Below, piece after piece: positions 23,000 to 33,545 of a stretch of 64,000 bases of DNA. Position 1 is the first letter of the stretch. The number at the start of each line of letters is the position of its first letter. The DNA lies in contig JBFLYH010000002.1 of NCBI GenBank assembly GCA_040756875.1, positions 799,078 to 863,077 on the forward strand. The letters are read 5' to 3'. The notes under the pieces were generated by a model. It had not been told where the DNA came from, did no database searches, and saw only the letters and a program-made list of their open reading frames with translations. Origin of the DNA: a candidate division FCPU426 bacterium (GTDB lineage Bacteria > Oederibacteriota > JAAXVQ01 > JAUVAV01). Both the position numbers and the translations under genes were made by a program.

Positions 23000-23028
23000 A
23001 TCTTACTTAAACACATTTACCTTGTCAA
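23000..23028 (-). promoter_or_regulatory. sigma70-type promoter for the rpmH operon
   Basis: TTGACA-17 nt-TAAGAT on the minus strand. Confidence 0.6.
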
Positions 23029-23186
23029 GATAATTGGCTTTATTAAAAATCCCTATAAATTATAGTTTTTCTTATTATTTTCCGCCTTAATTTGTTATTA
23101 TTTACATTAATTAAATTACATGTTCCAAGTTATAGTTTTACATCTTGTTTTCCATTTTTATCTTTATCTATTAAGCCATTTTCTGT

Positions 23187-23218
23187 TTTTCCACAGTTGT
23201 TGATTTCCTTGTGGATTA
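23187..23218. promoter_or_regulatory. DnaA boxes upstream of dnaA
   Basis: TTTTCCACA (23187-23195) and inverted TGTGGATTA (23210-23218). Confidence 0.65.
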
Positions 23219-23301
23219 TTTTTTTATTTTTTTCATTTGTTCTATCTGATCTTGCATATTACAATTCATTCCATTGCTTCCATTTTATTGAGGTATCAAT
23301 A

Positions 23302-24657
23302 ATGTCCGTTTCGGCATTTGAGCTTTGGTCACAAGTTTTAGACGATCTTAGAAATAAACTTAATAAACAGAGCTATGATACGTGGTTTCAGCCCACTCGC
23401 GCCCTTTCGTTTTCTGATAAAAAATTAGTTGTAGAGGTTCCAAGCCGTTTTTTCTGCGATTGGTTGAATGAGCATTATCTTTCCACTTTGATAGATATCT
23501 CATCCCGTCTTGCGGGCGAATCCGTTTCCGTTTTATTTGTTGTTTCCTCTGATTTACAAAGTAAGATCGAAACCCTTTCTCCCCCCGTGGCGTTTGTCTC
23601 TGATTCCGGTGTGCCACGTGGAATTTCAAGCGTTGGAACGCCTTTAAATCCAAAATATACTTTCTCCAGTTTTGTTGAGGGAAATAGCAATCGTTTTGCA
23701 CGCGCGGCATGTATGGCTGTTGCCGAAGCTCCGGCGAAGTCTTATAACCCCTTGTTTATTTATGGGGGGGTTGGGTTGGGTAAAACACACTTGCTTCAGG
23801 CCATTGGTAATTTTGTCATGCTGAACAACAATGACAAACGTGTATTGTATGTCTCTTCTGAAACCTTCATGAACGAGATGATTTCTTCGATTAGTTCCGG
23901 AACCATGCGTGCTTTTCGCGATCGTTTCCGTACGGTCGATGTTCTTCTAATTGATGACATACAGTTTTTAGTTGGAAAGGAAAGCACCCAGGAAGAATTT
24001 TTTCATACTTTTAATGACCTTTATAATATGCACAAACAAATTGTGGCTACTTCGGATTCCCATCCAAAAGAAATCAATTTGGAAGAACGTTTACGCTCTC
24101 GTTTCGAATGGGGATTGGTCTCTGATATTCAACCTCCGGATTTTGAAACACGTGTGGCCATTTTAAGTAAAAAAGCCGAACATGAAAAAGTCATTGTCCC
24201 AAATGATGTGTTGGCTTACATTGCAAACCAGGTTAAATCGAATATTCGCGAACTTGAAGGATCATTAATCCGCGTGGTAGCCTATGCTTCTTTGACTAAA
24301 AGTGATATTTCTCTGGATTTATGCAGGGAAGTTTTGCGTGATTTGTTTAATGATGATTTTCGTCCCATTACCATTGATTTGATAACGGAGATGGTTGCGA
24401 AAGAGTTCAATCTTAGAGTTTCTGATCTCAAAGCTAAAAAACGTACCGCTTCTATTGTCTTTCCTCGTCAAATCGCTATGTATTTGGCTCGAGAGATGAC
24501 CGATTTTTCTTTGCCTGAAATTGGAAGGTTTTTTGGCGGAAAAGACCATACCACGGTTATTTATGGTTTTGATAAAATAAAAGAACGTTTAAATCATGAT
24601 GAGAAGCTAAGAAATTTGATTAACCGTTTAATGTCCCAACTTCGCGAATCAAATTAG
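23302..24657 (+). CDS. dnaA: Chromosomal replication initiator DnaA
   Basis: NPKYTF..FV.G.SN, YNPLFIYGGVGLGKTHLL, LLIDDIQF, GGKDHTTV; likely start ATG 23302 after GAGG. Confidence 0.97.
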   Translation: MSVSAFELWSQVLDDLRNKLNKQSYDTWFQPTRALSFSDKKLVVEVPSRFFCDWLNEHYLSTLIDISSRLAGESVSVLFVVSSDLQSKIETLSPPVAFVSDSGVPRGISSVGTPLNPKYTFSSFVEGNSNRFARAACMAVAEAPAKSYNPLFIYGGVGLGKTHLLQAIGNFVMLNNNDKRVLYVSSETFMNEMISSISSGTMRAFRDRFRTVDVLLIDDIQFLVGKESTQEEFFHTFNDLYNMHKQIVATSDSHPKEINLEERLRSRFEWGLVSDIQPPDFETRVAILSKKAEHEKVIVPNDVLAYIANQVKSNIRELEGSLIRVVAYASLTKSDISLDLCREVLRDLFNDDFRPITIDLITEMVAKEFNLRVSDLKAKKRTASIVFPRQIAMYLAREMTDFSLPEIGRFFGGKDHTTVIYGFDKIKERLNHDEKLRNLINRLMSQLRESN

Positions 24658-24890
24658 TTGGAAAATATTATTAGTAATTTGTGATGTTCTTATCAATATT
24701 TTGTAGATAATATAGTTGTTCTTGTGGATTATTTTTTCTTTCTTTCGTTACGTTGATAACTTTTGTCTTTTTCGAGTTATTACTTTTTTTTTCAGGTTTT
24801 ATTATTCTTTATTCATTTTGTTTTTAATGTTTTTTCTTTAATTCCACAAATCCACAGGCTCTATTATTACTACTATAGGAGGTTATTATT
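24658..24890. other. oriC (dnaA-dnaN intergenic) with DnaA boxes and DnaA-trio unwinding element
   Basis: AT-rich spacer with boxes TGTAGATAA (24702), TGTGGATTA (24723), AATTCCACA/AAATCCACA (24840-24856), then GGCT and CTATTATTACTACTA trios; gene orientation flips across this region. Confidence 0.85.
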
Positions 24891-25991
24891 ATGAAATTTA
24901 AATGCAAAAGAGCAGATCTTATTTATGGTGTTCAAACCGTATTAAATGCCATATCCAACCGCAACACGCTTCCGATTTTATCTAATATTCTTTTTGAAAC
25001 AGATAATAATATCGTGCGTCTCACAGGAACAGATTTGGAAGTATCTATCAAATGTCAGATTCCTGCCGAGATATTATCAGCCGGAAGCATTACTATCCCG
25101 GCTAAACGTTTATCAGAAATAGTAAGGGAATTGCCGGATAGTGATATCAACCTATCATTAAATGATAATTCGGTAATCACTTTGACTTGTGATAAAGCTA
25201 TCTTTAAAATAAATGGTTTGCCTAAAGACGATTATCCCGTTCTTCCTAAAGTTAAACCGGACAAAGGGTTTAATCTGCCTAAAGCAACCCTGTTAAATAT
25301 GATTAAAAAGTCCATTTTTGCTGTTTCCACTGACGAGACGAGATATGTTTTAAATGGGGTCCTTTTTTTTATGGAAGGAAATAAATTGAGATTAGTCGCA
25401 ACAGATGGCCATCGTTTAGCTATGATTGACCATAATTTAGAAAAGAATCCCAACCAAAAATTCAACTATATTGTCCCGGCTAAAACGCTTCAGGAATTAA
25501 GTAAGATATTGGATGGAGAGGGCGAGATTAATATTCAAATCACTGATAATCAAATCGTTTTCATAAATGCCGAACTTATTCTCATGTCCCGTTTGATTGA
25601 CGGACAATTTCCTAATTATCAACAAGTCATCCCCAAACAGTCAGAACGCATTTTACACTGTGAGACCGGTACGCTTCTTTCTGCGACGCGAAGGGTTTCT
25701 CTGATGGCCGTGGATAAGTCGAGCTCCGTTAAATATACTTTTTCATCCAATAAATTGACAATCTCTGCCAACACACCAGAGGTTGGAGAAGCCCAAGAGG
25801 AACTCGATCTGGATTATAACGGCGATTCAATGTCCATAGCATTCAACGCTAAATACATTTTAGATGTATTAAAAAATATTTCATCAGAGAAATGTATTAT
25901 GGAACTTTCCTCAAATTTAAATCCAGGTGTTTTTAAACCCCAATCAGAGTCTGAAGAATATGTCTGCATTGTAATGCCGATGCGTTTATAA
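24891..25991 (+). CDS. dnaN: DNA polymerase III beta sliding clamp
   Basis: LPILSN, TDLE, DETRYVLNG, VATDGHRL, GQFPNYQQVIP, C-terminal MPMRL. Confidence 0.97.
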   Translation: MKFKCKRADLIYGVQTVLNAISNRNTLPILSNILFETDNNIVRLTGTDLEVSIKCQIPAEILSAGSITIPAKRLSEIVRELPDSDINLSLNDNSVITLTCDKAIFKINGLPKDDYPVLPKVKPDKGFNLPKATLLNMIKKSIFAVSTDETRYVLNGVLFFMEGNKLRLVATDGHRLAMIDHNLEKNPNQKFNYIVPAKTLQELSKILDGEGEINIQITDNQIVFINAELILMSRLIDGQFPNYQQVIPKQSERILHCETGTLLSATRRVSLMAVDKSSSVKYTFSSNKLTISANTPEVGEAQEELDLDYNGDSMSIAFNAKYILDVLKNISSEKCIMELSSNLNPGVFKPQSESEEYVCIVMPMRL

Positions 25992-26065
25992 TACTTTCAA
26001 ATCGGTTGTTAATATTTTGGATCGGCGTGATGTTGAATTTCTTTTTTAAGAAGGATAACTGACCT

Positions 26066-28519
26066 ATGGATTCTGAAGGACAGAAATTATATCCGGTTCT
26101 CATCGAAGAGGAGATGAAAAACTCCTACCTCGATTATTCGATGAGTGTAATTGTCGGACGCGCCCTTCCTGATGTCCGGGACGGTCTTAAACCAGTGCAC
26201 CGGCGCATTCTTTATGGAATGCACGGGATGGGGCTGCATCACAGCAAACCATACCGCAAATCGGCCAAGATCGTCGGTGAAGTAATGGGGAATTATCACC
26301 CCCACGGGGATGCCGCCATTTATGACTCCCTTGTCCGCATGGCTCAATCGTTCAATCTCCGCTATCCTTTGGTTGACGGGCAGGGAAATTTCGGTTCCGT
26401 GGACGGAGATCCTCCAGCCGCAATGCGTTATACCGAAGCTCGTTTAGCCAACATCGCAGACGAGATCCTTTCGGACATTGAGAAAGACACGGTTCCTTTC
26501 GTTCCTAATTATGATGATTCGTTAACCGAACCTTCGTTGTTACCGGTGCGTCTCCCCAACCTTCTGGTCAACGGCACCACCGGCATCGCCGTAGGCATGG
26601 CAACGAATATTCCGCCCCATAATTTAAGCGAGGTCGTGGACGCCATTATTGCTTTAATACACGATCCGGATCTGAAAATCGAGGCTTTGGTGAAAAATTT
26701 CGTCAAAGGTCCGGATTTTCCCACGGGTGCTTATATTTTGGGCCGCGACGGCATTATGGAGGCTTATCGTACCGGCCGTGGTTCGATAAAAATGCAAGCC
26801 AAAGTCAAAATCGAACAGATGAAAAACGGCAAAGAGCGGTTGGTGGTCACCGAATTGCCGTATCAAATCAATAAAGCTCAACTCATTGAAAGTATCGCGG
26901 GGTTGGTTCGGGATAAGAAAATCGAGGGTATCACCGATTTGCGAGATGAATCAGACCGCGAGGGAATACGCGTCATAGTCGAAGTCGCTCGCAATGACAA
27001 CGCACAGATTGTATTAAATAATCTTTTTAAATTTACCTCGTTACGAACTAATTTTGGCGTCAATATGGTGGCGCTGGTCGATGGGCGTCCGCAAACCCTG
27101 AACCTTAAACAAATTTTGGAACACTTCATCGCCCACCGGCGCGAAATAATTATGCGCCGCACGCGTTTCGAATTGGATCGCGCCGAACGGCGCGCCCATA
27201 TCCTAGAGGGGTTGAAAATTGCTTTAAAATTTTTGGATAAAATTATACGTTTGATCAGGGCGTCCGCCACCGTAGCCGAAGCTAAAGCGGCGTTGATCAA
27301 GAACTTTCAATTGTCCGATCTGCAAGCCCAAGCCATTTTAGATATGCGGCTGCACCAGTTGACTAACCTCGAAAGTAAAAAAATTCAGGACGAGTACCTC
27401 GAACTGATAAAAACCATCGAGCAACTTCGGTCAATCCTCGCCAGTGACCGCAAGGTATTGGCTATCGTCATTGAGGAGCTGGAAGAAATCAAGAAGAAGT
27501 ACGGAGATGCCCGCAGGACGGAGATCGTCGCTGCGCTGGCGGATTTATCCATCGAGGATCTTATTGCGGAAGAAGATATGGTTATCACCATCACTCACAA
27601 GGGTTATGTTAAACGTCTGCCGGTTTCAACCTATCGCGCGCAGCGCCGCGGCGGACGCGGTGTTAGCGGGTTGGAAACGCGCGATGACGAGGATTTTGTG
27701 GAACATTTTTACATTGCCTCCACTCATGATTATATTTTGTTCTTCACTAATCAAGGTCGGGCTTATTGGCTGAAAGTATATGAAATTCCCGAGGCGGCGC
27801 GAACGGCCAGAGGAAAAGCAATCGTCAATTTGGTTCGCCTGCAAGCTAACGAGAGTGTCGAAGCCATGATACCGGTCAAAGAGTTCAGCGAAGAACGTTT
27901 TTTGGTTATGGGCACAGAGCAAGGGCTGGTCAAACGGATCCGCTTGGATGCTTTTGCCAATCCCCGGGCAGGTGGCATCATCGCGCTGACGCTGAGCGAA
28001 GGGGACAAATTGATCCAAGTTTTGGAGGCCACCGAGAACGAAGATCTTATTCTAGCCACCCGAGTGGGAAAGGCCATCCGGTTCAAAGTCAAAGCCATAC
28101 GGGAAATCGGCCGCACCGGCAAAGGGGTGCGAGGGATCACTTTGCGTCCGAAAGACAGTGTTGTAGGCATGCAAATTGCCCGGCCGGGCGAAAGCCTGCT
28201 GACCGTCACCACCAGGGGATATGGCAAAAGGACCACATTGGTTCAATATCGCACCCAGAGCAGAGGAGGCCAAGGCGCGCTAAATATCAAGACGACCGAA
28301 CGCAACGGCCAAGTCGTGACGATTCGGTCGGTCGCGGAAAGCGACGAAATCATGCTGATCACTTCTAGCGGGACCGTAATTCGCATGCCGCTGAAATCTA
28401 TCGGCATGGTTGGCCGCAACGCTCAGGGCGTTCGAATCATCAAGCTGGATGGGACGGATACGGTAAGCGCCGTAGCTCGTTTGGGTATTAAAGAACAGGA
28501 AAAGGACCCCAACATTTAA
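26066..28519 (+). CDS. gyrA: DNA gyrase subunit A
   Basis: [41 protein letters not shown], GyrA-box QRRGGRG. Confidence 0.97.
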   Translation: MDSEGQKLYPVLIEEEMKNSYLDYSMSVIVGRALPDVRDGLKPVHRRILYGMHGMGLHHSKPYRKSAKIVGEVMGNYHPHGDAAIYDSLVRMAQSFNLRYPLVDGQGNFGSVDGDPPAAMRYTEARLANIADEILSDIEKDTVPFVPNYDDSLTEPSLLPVRLPNLLVNGTTGIAVGMATNIPPHNLSEVVDAIIALIHDPDLKIEALVKNFVKGPDFPTGAYILGRDGIMEAYRTGRGSIKMQAKVKIEQMKNGKERLVVTELPYQINKAQLIESIAGLVRDKKIEGITDLRDESDREGIRVIVEVARNDNAQIVLNNLFKFTSLRTNFGVNMVALVDGRPQTLNLKQILEHFIAHRREIIMRRTRFELDRAERRAHILEGLKIALKFLDKIIRLIRASATVAEAKAALIKNFQLSDLQAQAILDMRLHQLTNLESKKIQDEYLELIKTIEQLRSILASDRKVLAIVIEELEEIKKKYGDARRTEIVAALADLSIEDLIAEEDMVITITHKGYVKRLPVSTYRAQRRGGRGVSGLETRDDEDFVEHFYIASTHDYILFFTNQGRAYWLKVYEIPEAARTARGKAIVNLVRLQANESVEAMIPVKEFSEERFLVMGTEQGLVKRIRLDAFANPRAGGIIALTLSEGDKLIQVLEATENEDLILATRVGKAIRFKVKAIREIGRTGKGVRGITLRPKDSVVGMQIARPGESLLTVTTRGYGKRTTLVQYRTQSRGGQGALNIKTTERNGQVVTIRSVAESDEIMLITSSGTVIRMPLKSIGMVGRNAQGVRIIKLDGTDTVSAVARLGIKEQEKDPNI

Positions 28520-28537
28520 CGACAGGAGGGGCAAGCT

Positions 28538-30868
28538 GTGAGAGGGCGTATTTGGTTGGGAACCAGCATCGTGCTGCTAATGGCGCTTGCAGGAACCCTG
28601 GCGTTGATATATTACTGGAATCGAATTCAGAAAGAAGCCGTGCAAATGCTCCAGACTCGGTTGAATGAAATGGAGCTGCAACGGTTTGAAAGCGATAAAG
28701 GAAAGCAGTTGGAGGAAGCCGCCCAGGCAGGGGCGGCGCAACTGGAGCAAGTGGTCGCTCGGGTCAGGGCACAAGTTGAAGCGGCGGCGGATACGGCGGT
28801 GCTCCGGGCGCCTCAGGCCAAAGCCGTGGAACGCCGCAACAAAGTGGCAGCTTTCGTTAAAATGGCGCGCGCCCAGGGAGGATGGCTGGGGAGCCTGCTG
28901 ACCGATGAAACCGGAAAGGTGATGGCTTGGACCGGTAAAAAATCCCCACCCGCCACGATTGCTCCAACTCCGGCTTTTGACCAAGCCTCCCGCCAACGCC
29001 TGACACTTGTCCATTTTCTCGAACAGCCCGAAGGGTTTCCCTGGTTACAAATTACCACTCCATGCTTGAATGAACGGGGAAATTTTATGGGTGTCCTACA
29101 GGTGGAAGTTTCTCTTCCGACCGAGGAGTTGAAAAACTTTTCCCCTTCGGGGGGATTGATGACGCTGATCATCACCAACAACGGTCAGCGGTTAAGTCCG
29201 GTTCCCCAAAGCACGTTTCCAAAAAATCTAGGCGCATTGTTAGGCATGGATCTGCGCAAGATGGAGACCGTCTTGGACCAGCCCGCGCCGCAGCATCGGC
29301 GCGCCCAATGGGAGAACACCACGTACTTGTTGGGGCTGGCCGCCACACAAATACCAAGAATTAGAATTGCCACGCTGATGGAGATATCCGGACTGGAACA
29401 AGTTGTGGGGCCTAATCTTGCAGGGGAAGGGGCCCTGGAGGATCCGGTGGTGCTGGCCGGATTGGGAGTCATCGTCGCGATTTGCCTGCTCATGCTGTTT
29501 TGGATTAGTGGGAGCGGGCAGAAACCATTGAAAAGATTGAACACCCAGCTCTCTGGCATGCTGCAAACCGGCGAGTTGCCCCGGGCGATCTCTGCGACCG
29601 GCCGGGGTGAGTGGGAAAAGCTGGCCGAATGGATAAACATGCTCGTGGAACGGGTAGGCAGCCAGGGTATTCCCGAAGCAACCGGGGCGCAGAGCGAAGA
29701 ATTGATTGCAGTCCAAAAAAACCTGGACGATCTCCGCCGAAAATTGGAACGTGCGGAAATGGAAAAGTCGGGACTGCAACAACAAGTGTCGGTTTTGGAA
29801 ACGGAAAAGAGCGAGTGGCAGAGCGCGTCTCAGAAAGCCATGGAGTCGGCGGAATCCGCGGACTCTTTGCAGGCGCTGATGGAGAACAATCGATCAGATG
29901 CAGAGCTAAGAATCCAAGCGATTACCAGCATGTCTGACGATCTTAAAGCGACGTTGGTCGTGATTAAAAATTACATCACTTCGATTTTATCTTCGGAAGA
30001 GGGGAAAATCACGGATACACAGCAAGAGTTCCTGGGGGTGGTGATCAATAAAAGCGCCCGCCTGGAACGCCAGATCAACGACCTGCTGGATATCTCCCAC
30101 ATGGAAGGGGGGCTGTCGCAGCTCTATCGCTCGCGCACGGAACTCGCCTCCATGATCCAAGACGTCGTGTTGAACAGCCAGCCCCAAGCGGACATCAAAC
30201 AAGTCCGTCTGGTGCAGGAGCTGCATACGCCGCTGCCACCATTGATGATAGACAGTGATCGCATGGGCCAGGTTTTTTTAAATCTGGTGCAGCACGCGAT
30301 CAAGACTTCGCCGGTCGGGGGAGAGGTTTTGATTACCGCCACGGAGACCTATTCCGGTGTGGTGGTAAAAATCAGGGACAGTGGACCCTCGTTGGAGTCC
30401 GAGCAGGCCCAACAGGTGTTCGGCATTTTTCATGGCCCGGATTCCCAGACCCGCGCGGATATCGTCAATACCGGCTTGCGGTTCCCGATTTTAAAGCGGA
30501 TCGTGGATGCGCACCAAGGGACCGTGACCATGCGTGGATTGCCGGACCAAGGGAACGAAGCCGTGATCACACTGCCAAAAAGCGCAGAAGCTGAATCCGC
30601 GACAGAGATGCCGCTGGAGGTTTTTGAAGTAAAGCCGGCGGCGGCAGCCACCGAGCCGGCCGGACATCAGGCGGAATCTGAAAAACCGGCCGAAGCCGAG
30701 GCCCAGCCCCCTCAGGACGAGACCATGCCCTACGACTTGACATCCTTTATGGGGAAAATGGACGAATTTGCCGGCGAGGAGAGTACCCAGCCTGCCGTGC
30801 CAGGCGGCCCGGAGTTGGACACCTTGTTAAGCGATATCGAGAATATCGACGGCAAACTGAATCGCTAG
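28538..30868 (+). CDS. Membrane sensor histidine kinase-like protein with degenerate catalytic motifs (probable pseudokinase)
   Basis: TM, Cache-like periplasmic region, TM, HAMP/coiled coil, HisKA-like SMSDDLKATL, HATPase-like NLVQHAIK/DSGPSL/NTGLRF, acidic tail. Confidence 0.8.
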   Translation: MRGRIWLGTSIVLLMALAGTLALIYYWNRIQKEAVQMLQTRLNEMELQRFESDKGKQLEEAAQAGAAQLEQVVARVRAQVEAAADTAVLRAPQAKAVERRNKVAAFVKMARAQGGWLGSLLTDETGKVMAWTGKKSPPATIAPTPAFDQASRQRLTLVHFLEQPEGFPWLQITTPCLNERGNFMGVLQVEVSLPTEELKNFSPSGGLMTLIITNNGQRLSPVPQSTFPKNLGALLGMDLRKMETVLDQPAPQHRRAQWENTTYLLGLAATQIPRIRIATLMEISGLEQVVGPNLAGEGALEDPVVLAGLGVIVAICLLMLFWISGSGQKPLKRLNTQLSGMLQTGELPRAISATGRGEWEKLAEWINMLVERVGSQGIPEATGAQSEELIAVQKNLDDLRRKLERAEMEKSGLQQQVSVLETEKSEWQSASQKAMESAESADSLQALMENNRSDAELRIQAITSMSDDLKATLVVIKNYITSILSSEEGKITDTQQEFLGVVINKSARLERQINDLLDISHMEGGLSQLYRSRTELASMIQDVVLNSQPQADIKQVRLVQELHTPLPPLMIDSDRMGQVFLNLVQHAIKTSPVGGEVLITATETYSGVVVKIRDSGPSLESEQAQQVFGIFHGPDSQTRADIVNTGLRFPILKRIVDAHQGTVTMRGLPDQGNEAVITLPKSAEAESATEMPLEVFEVKPAAAATEPAGHQAESEKPAEAEAQPPQDETMPYDLTSFMGKMDEFAGEESTQPAVPGGPELDTLLSDIENIDGKLNR

Positions 30869-30911
30869 GAATTCTTAAAACGCAGCGGACAGACAAGACG
30901 CGAACGCCGGC

Positions 30912-32066
30912 TCACGGTTCCGGCGGAAGAATGCGCACCCACCCGGAGTCATCCTCCTGGAACCGCGTACCCCATTGCGAGGATAAATGCTGCAGATGCT
31001 GGTAGATGCGCTCGGCGCGGGAGCCGTTGAGCGGCCGGGGCATAAAGCGGGTGGACAAGTTATCCACGGATAAAGCAAGCGCCCAGGCCGAGAGACTGGA
31101 GCCCGCAGACTCCACCTGAGTTTTCGCTAAAATGCTGTCTACCGCCTTGGCGCTCCGTCCACCGCCGAAGACCAAGTTGCCAAGCGAATAAAAAATCACG
31201 CCACCCCGGTACCATTCCACCCCCTGTAAAATATGTGGATGCGAGCCCAAAACGATCCGCGCCCCGGCATCAATCGCTGCATGGCCGTACTGAATTTGAT
31301 AGGATTTGGGATCAGGTTCGAGTTCTCCCCCCCAATGAAAACAAACCACGACTTCGTCGGCCCAAGCCGTAGCGGAACGAATATCGGCTTCGACCAACGG
31401 AAATCGCGCCAAGGCGGTTCCGGGTTTGCGGGCGCCGGCCCAAAACTCCGAGGGATAGGTTAAGGAGTATGAAAGAATAGCCAGCGTTCGGTTGCCGGCA
31501 AGGTGTACGGCCGCGGCTCGATGAGCGGCCCGCAAGTCCGGGCCCGCTCCAGCATGGGCGATCTCAGCGGCGTCCAGCGCTTCCAGCGTGTCTTGCAAAG
31601 CCTCGGGTCCGAAATCCAAGATGTGATTATTAGCTAAAGAAACGGCGGTAATGCCAGCCCGGCGCAACGCCGAAGCGGCTTCCGGCTTGCCGTGAAAGGT
31701 GAACTTTTTATTCCGAAACGGCCGGCCGCGGGTGGACAGGGGGCATTCCAAGTTGACCAGACCGATGTCCGCGCTTTGGAAATAAGGCGAGAGGAACTCA
31801 TAGGGGTAATCCTGGCCATTCTGTTCAAGGTAGGGATCCAACCAGCAAGCAGGTAATACATCCCCCCCGGCGACAAGGGTCCAGGAGGTCGGCTCAGGAG
31901 CCGGTGTTGAGGTTGGTTCGGGGGTGGATTCTGGCATTGTGCCGGCCGAAGACAAGGGAGCGGCAGGTAAGGAGAGGGGGGCCGGAACCGAGGCGCACCC
32001 CACGAGCTGCAGCAGGCCTCCGAAAATGACAGGGAGGAGCAAGGGCAATCCGGGGCAAGGACGCAT
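30912..32066 (-). CDS. CapA-family (PGA_cap) metallophosphatase-fold lipoprotein
   Basis: Lipobox LVGC, GDV, NLECPL, LANNHILDFG, HWGGE, GSHPH, YSLGN. Confidence 0.88.
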   Translation of the reverse strand: MRPCPGLPLLLPVIFGGLLQLVGCASVPAPLSLPAAPLSSAGTMPESTPEPTSTPAPEPTSWTLVAGGDVLPACWLDPYLEQNGQDYPYEFLSPYFQSADIGLVNLECPLSTRGRPFRNKKFTFHGKPEAASALRRAGITAVSLANNHILDFGPEALQDTLEALDAAEIAHAGAGPDLRAAHRAAAVHLAGNRTLAILSYSLTYPSEFWAGARKPGTALARFPLVEADIRSATAWADEVVVCFHWGGELEPDPKSYQIQYGHAAIDAGARIVLGSHPHILQGVEWYRGGVIFYSLGNLVFGGGRSAKAVDSILAKTQVESAGSSLSAWALALSVDNLSTRFMPRPLNGSRAERIYQHLQHLSSQWGTRFQEDDSGWVRILPPEP

Positions 32067-32178
32067 GAATTCCAGCCTCTTTCTGAGAATCAGGAAAACG
32101 CTCGGGAAGTCTCCATTGTAGCCGAAAAGTCCACTGATACAACAGTCAAAACCGCATGCGGTTCAAACGACTCGGGCA

Positions 32179-32207
32179 TTGACGGTGTTCTGCGCCAATG
32201 GTAAACT
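32179..32207 (+). promoter_or_regulatory. Extended -10 sigma70-type promoter heading the TPR/T9SS-like/Bat locus
   Basis: TTGACG-17 nt-TAAACT with TG just upstream of the -10. Confidence 0.55.
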
Positions 32208-32250
32208 CGTGGGAAACCCATGCCATGTCTGAAAAAACAGGGGAGTCCGT

Positions 32251-33471
32251 ATGACCGGACGCGTCCTATTCAGAACGCTGATCTGCTCGGTCGGGGTCGT
32301 ACTCGCATATACTTTTACTGCCCTCTCCGTTCACGCCGAAGATCCTTCGGAAAACACTCTCGCCGAACAGGCCGATTTCGTATCGCCAGAAGACCAAGCG
32401 CTAGCCCTCAAATACCTGGAAATGGGGAAAGAACACCACCTGGCGCAAAGATATCGGGAAGCCATCAACCAATATGAAAAAGCGCTGGCACTGTATCCGG
32501 GATGGCAAAAGGCCCAACAAGCGTTAGCGTGGGCCAAGCGCGACCAACGGCGCCACCAGTCGGAAGAAAACCCTCAGGAGTATACGCTGGAAAACCTGGT
32601 TAGCGAGGCACAGGACCATTATCAACGGGGGCGCAGTCTGGAGCGCGAGAACAAGGTGATCGAGGCGGCGGCCGCGTACAAGGACGCACTGCGGCTGATC
32701 CCGGGTTATCCCGAAGCCAAGGAGGCTTTAAAACGCGTCCAGGCCAAGGGCCAGAAAACCTTAGCACCACTGCCCGCCTCTGCAGCCGCGGTAAGCAGCC
32801 AAGCGCCGCGTCCGTATCAACAGCCGGAGTTCAAATCACTGGGAGTGGATTACCGTTCGGCAGCGCGCATCGAAGCTCCAGAGGCGCTGGCCGAAGCCTC
32901 GGCGTCCAAAGCATCGCGGCTGCCCGACGGTTTGCCCCAGACGCGTAAAGCTGCTTTGCAAGCCCAACCACCTGCCGATAATTCCAAACAACTCATCCGC
33001 ACCGCCATCCAAAACCATTACTTGGCGGGCAACCAGGCCATGGACCGCGGCGATTATGAAATCGCTATAAAGGAATTTGAATTGGTTCTGGAATTTATGC
33101 CTGACCACCGTGAGGCCCAATACAAAATCAACGTAGCCAAGAAAAAGCAGGCTTTGGCGATTAAAACCGCCAAACGCCAAGTGGAACTGGCCCAGAACAA
33201 GGGCGACATGGTTGAAATTTTAGGCGCCTTGCGCAATGTATTGAACATCGACCCCAAAGACGAAGAGGCGTTGTCGGCGTGGGAGCGTACCAAGCGGGAA
33301 AATCCGGGATTGGTTGAAGAGCTTTACCGCAAGGGCGTAAATGCCTATGCCAAAGGTGATTACCAGATGGCTCAGCAGGCCTGGGAACTGGTTTTGGATA
33401 TTGATCCCAAGCACGAAAAGGCCAAGGAATCTCTGGAGAAAGTGCGTGAAAAACTCGAGTTGATTAGATGA
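32251..33471 (+). CDS. Exported tetratricopeptide-repeat protein
   Basis: Signal peptide ending VHA; repeated TPR units (e.g. AINQYEKALALYP, AWELVLDIDPKH). Confidence 0.85.
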   Translation: MTGRVLFRTLICSVGVVLAYTFTALSVHAEDPSENTLAEQADFVSPEDQALALKYLEMGKEHHLAQRYREAINQYEKALALYPGWQKAQQALAWAKRDQRRHQSEENPQEYTLENLVSEAQDHYQRGRSLERENKVIEAAAAYKDALRLIPGYPEAKEALKRVQAKGQKTLAPLPASAAAVSSQAPRPYQQPEFKSLGVDYRSAARIEAPEALAEASASKASRLPDGLPQTRKAALQAQPPADNSKQLIRTAIQNHYLAGNQAMDRGDYEIAIKEFELVLEFMPDHREAQYKINVAKKKQALAIKTAKRQVELAQNKGDMVEILGALRNVLNIDPKDEEALSAWERTKRENPGLVEELYRKGVNAYAKGDYQMAQQAWELVLDIDPKHEKAKESLEKVREKLELIR

Positions 33472-33545
33472 TAAAGGATGGTATCGAATAGCATCCGGCG
33501 GCCAGAGTGGTTAATCGGGCGGTCGGCGCTGGAGGGGAAATGCAC

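Noticed and set aside
16200-23300. AT-rich region as a horizontally acquired island or prophage
   Set aside because: Contains only core origin-linked genes, has gradual borders and no mobility genes
23092-23301. 70-aa hydrophobic N-terminal extension of DnaA in the ORF track
   Set aside because: T-rich promoter/DnaA-box region read through by chance; ATG 23302 has an RBS and gives a normal 451-aa DnaA
23610-23625. Third parS-like sequence TGTGCCACGTGGAATT inside dnaA
   Set aside because: At least three mismatches to the consensus palindrome; possibly a weak site but not supportable
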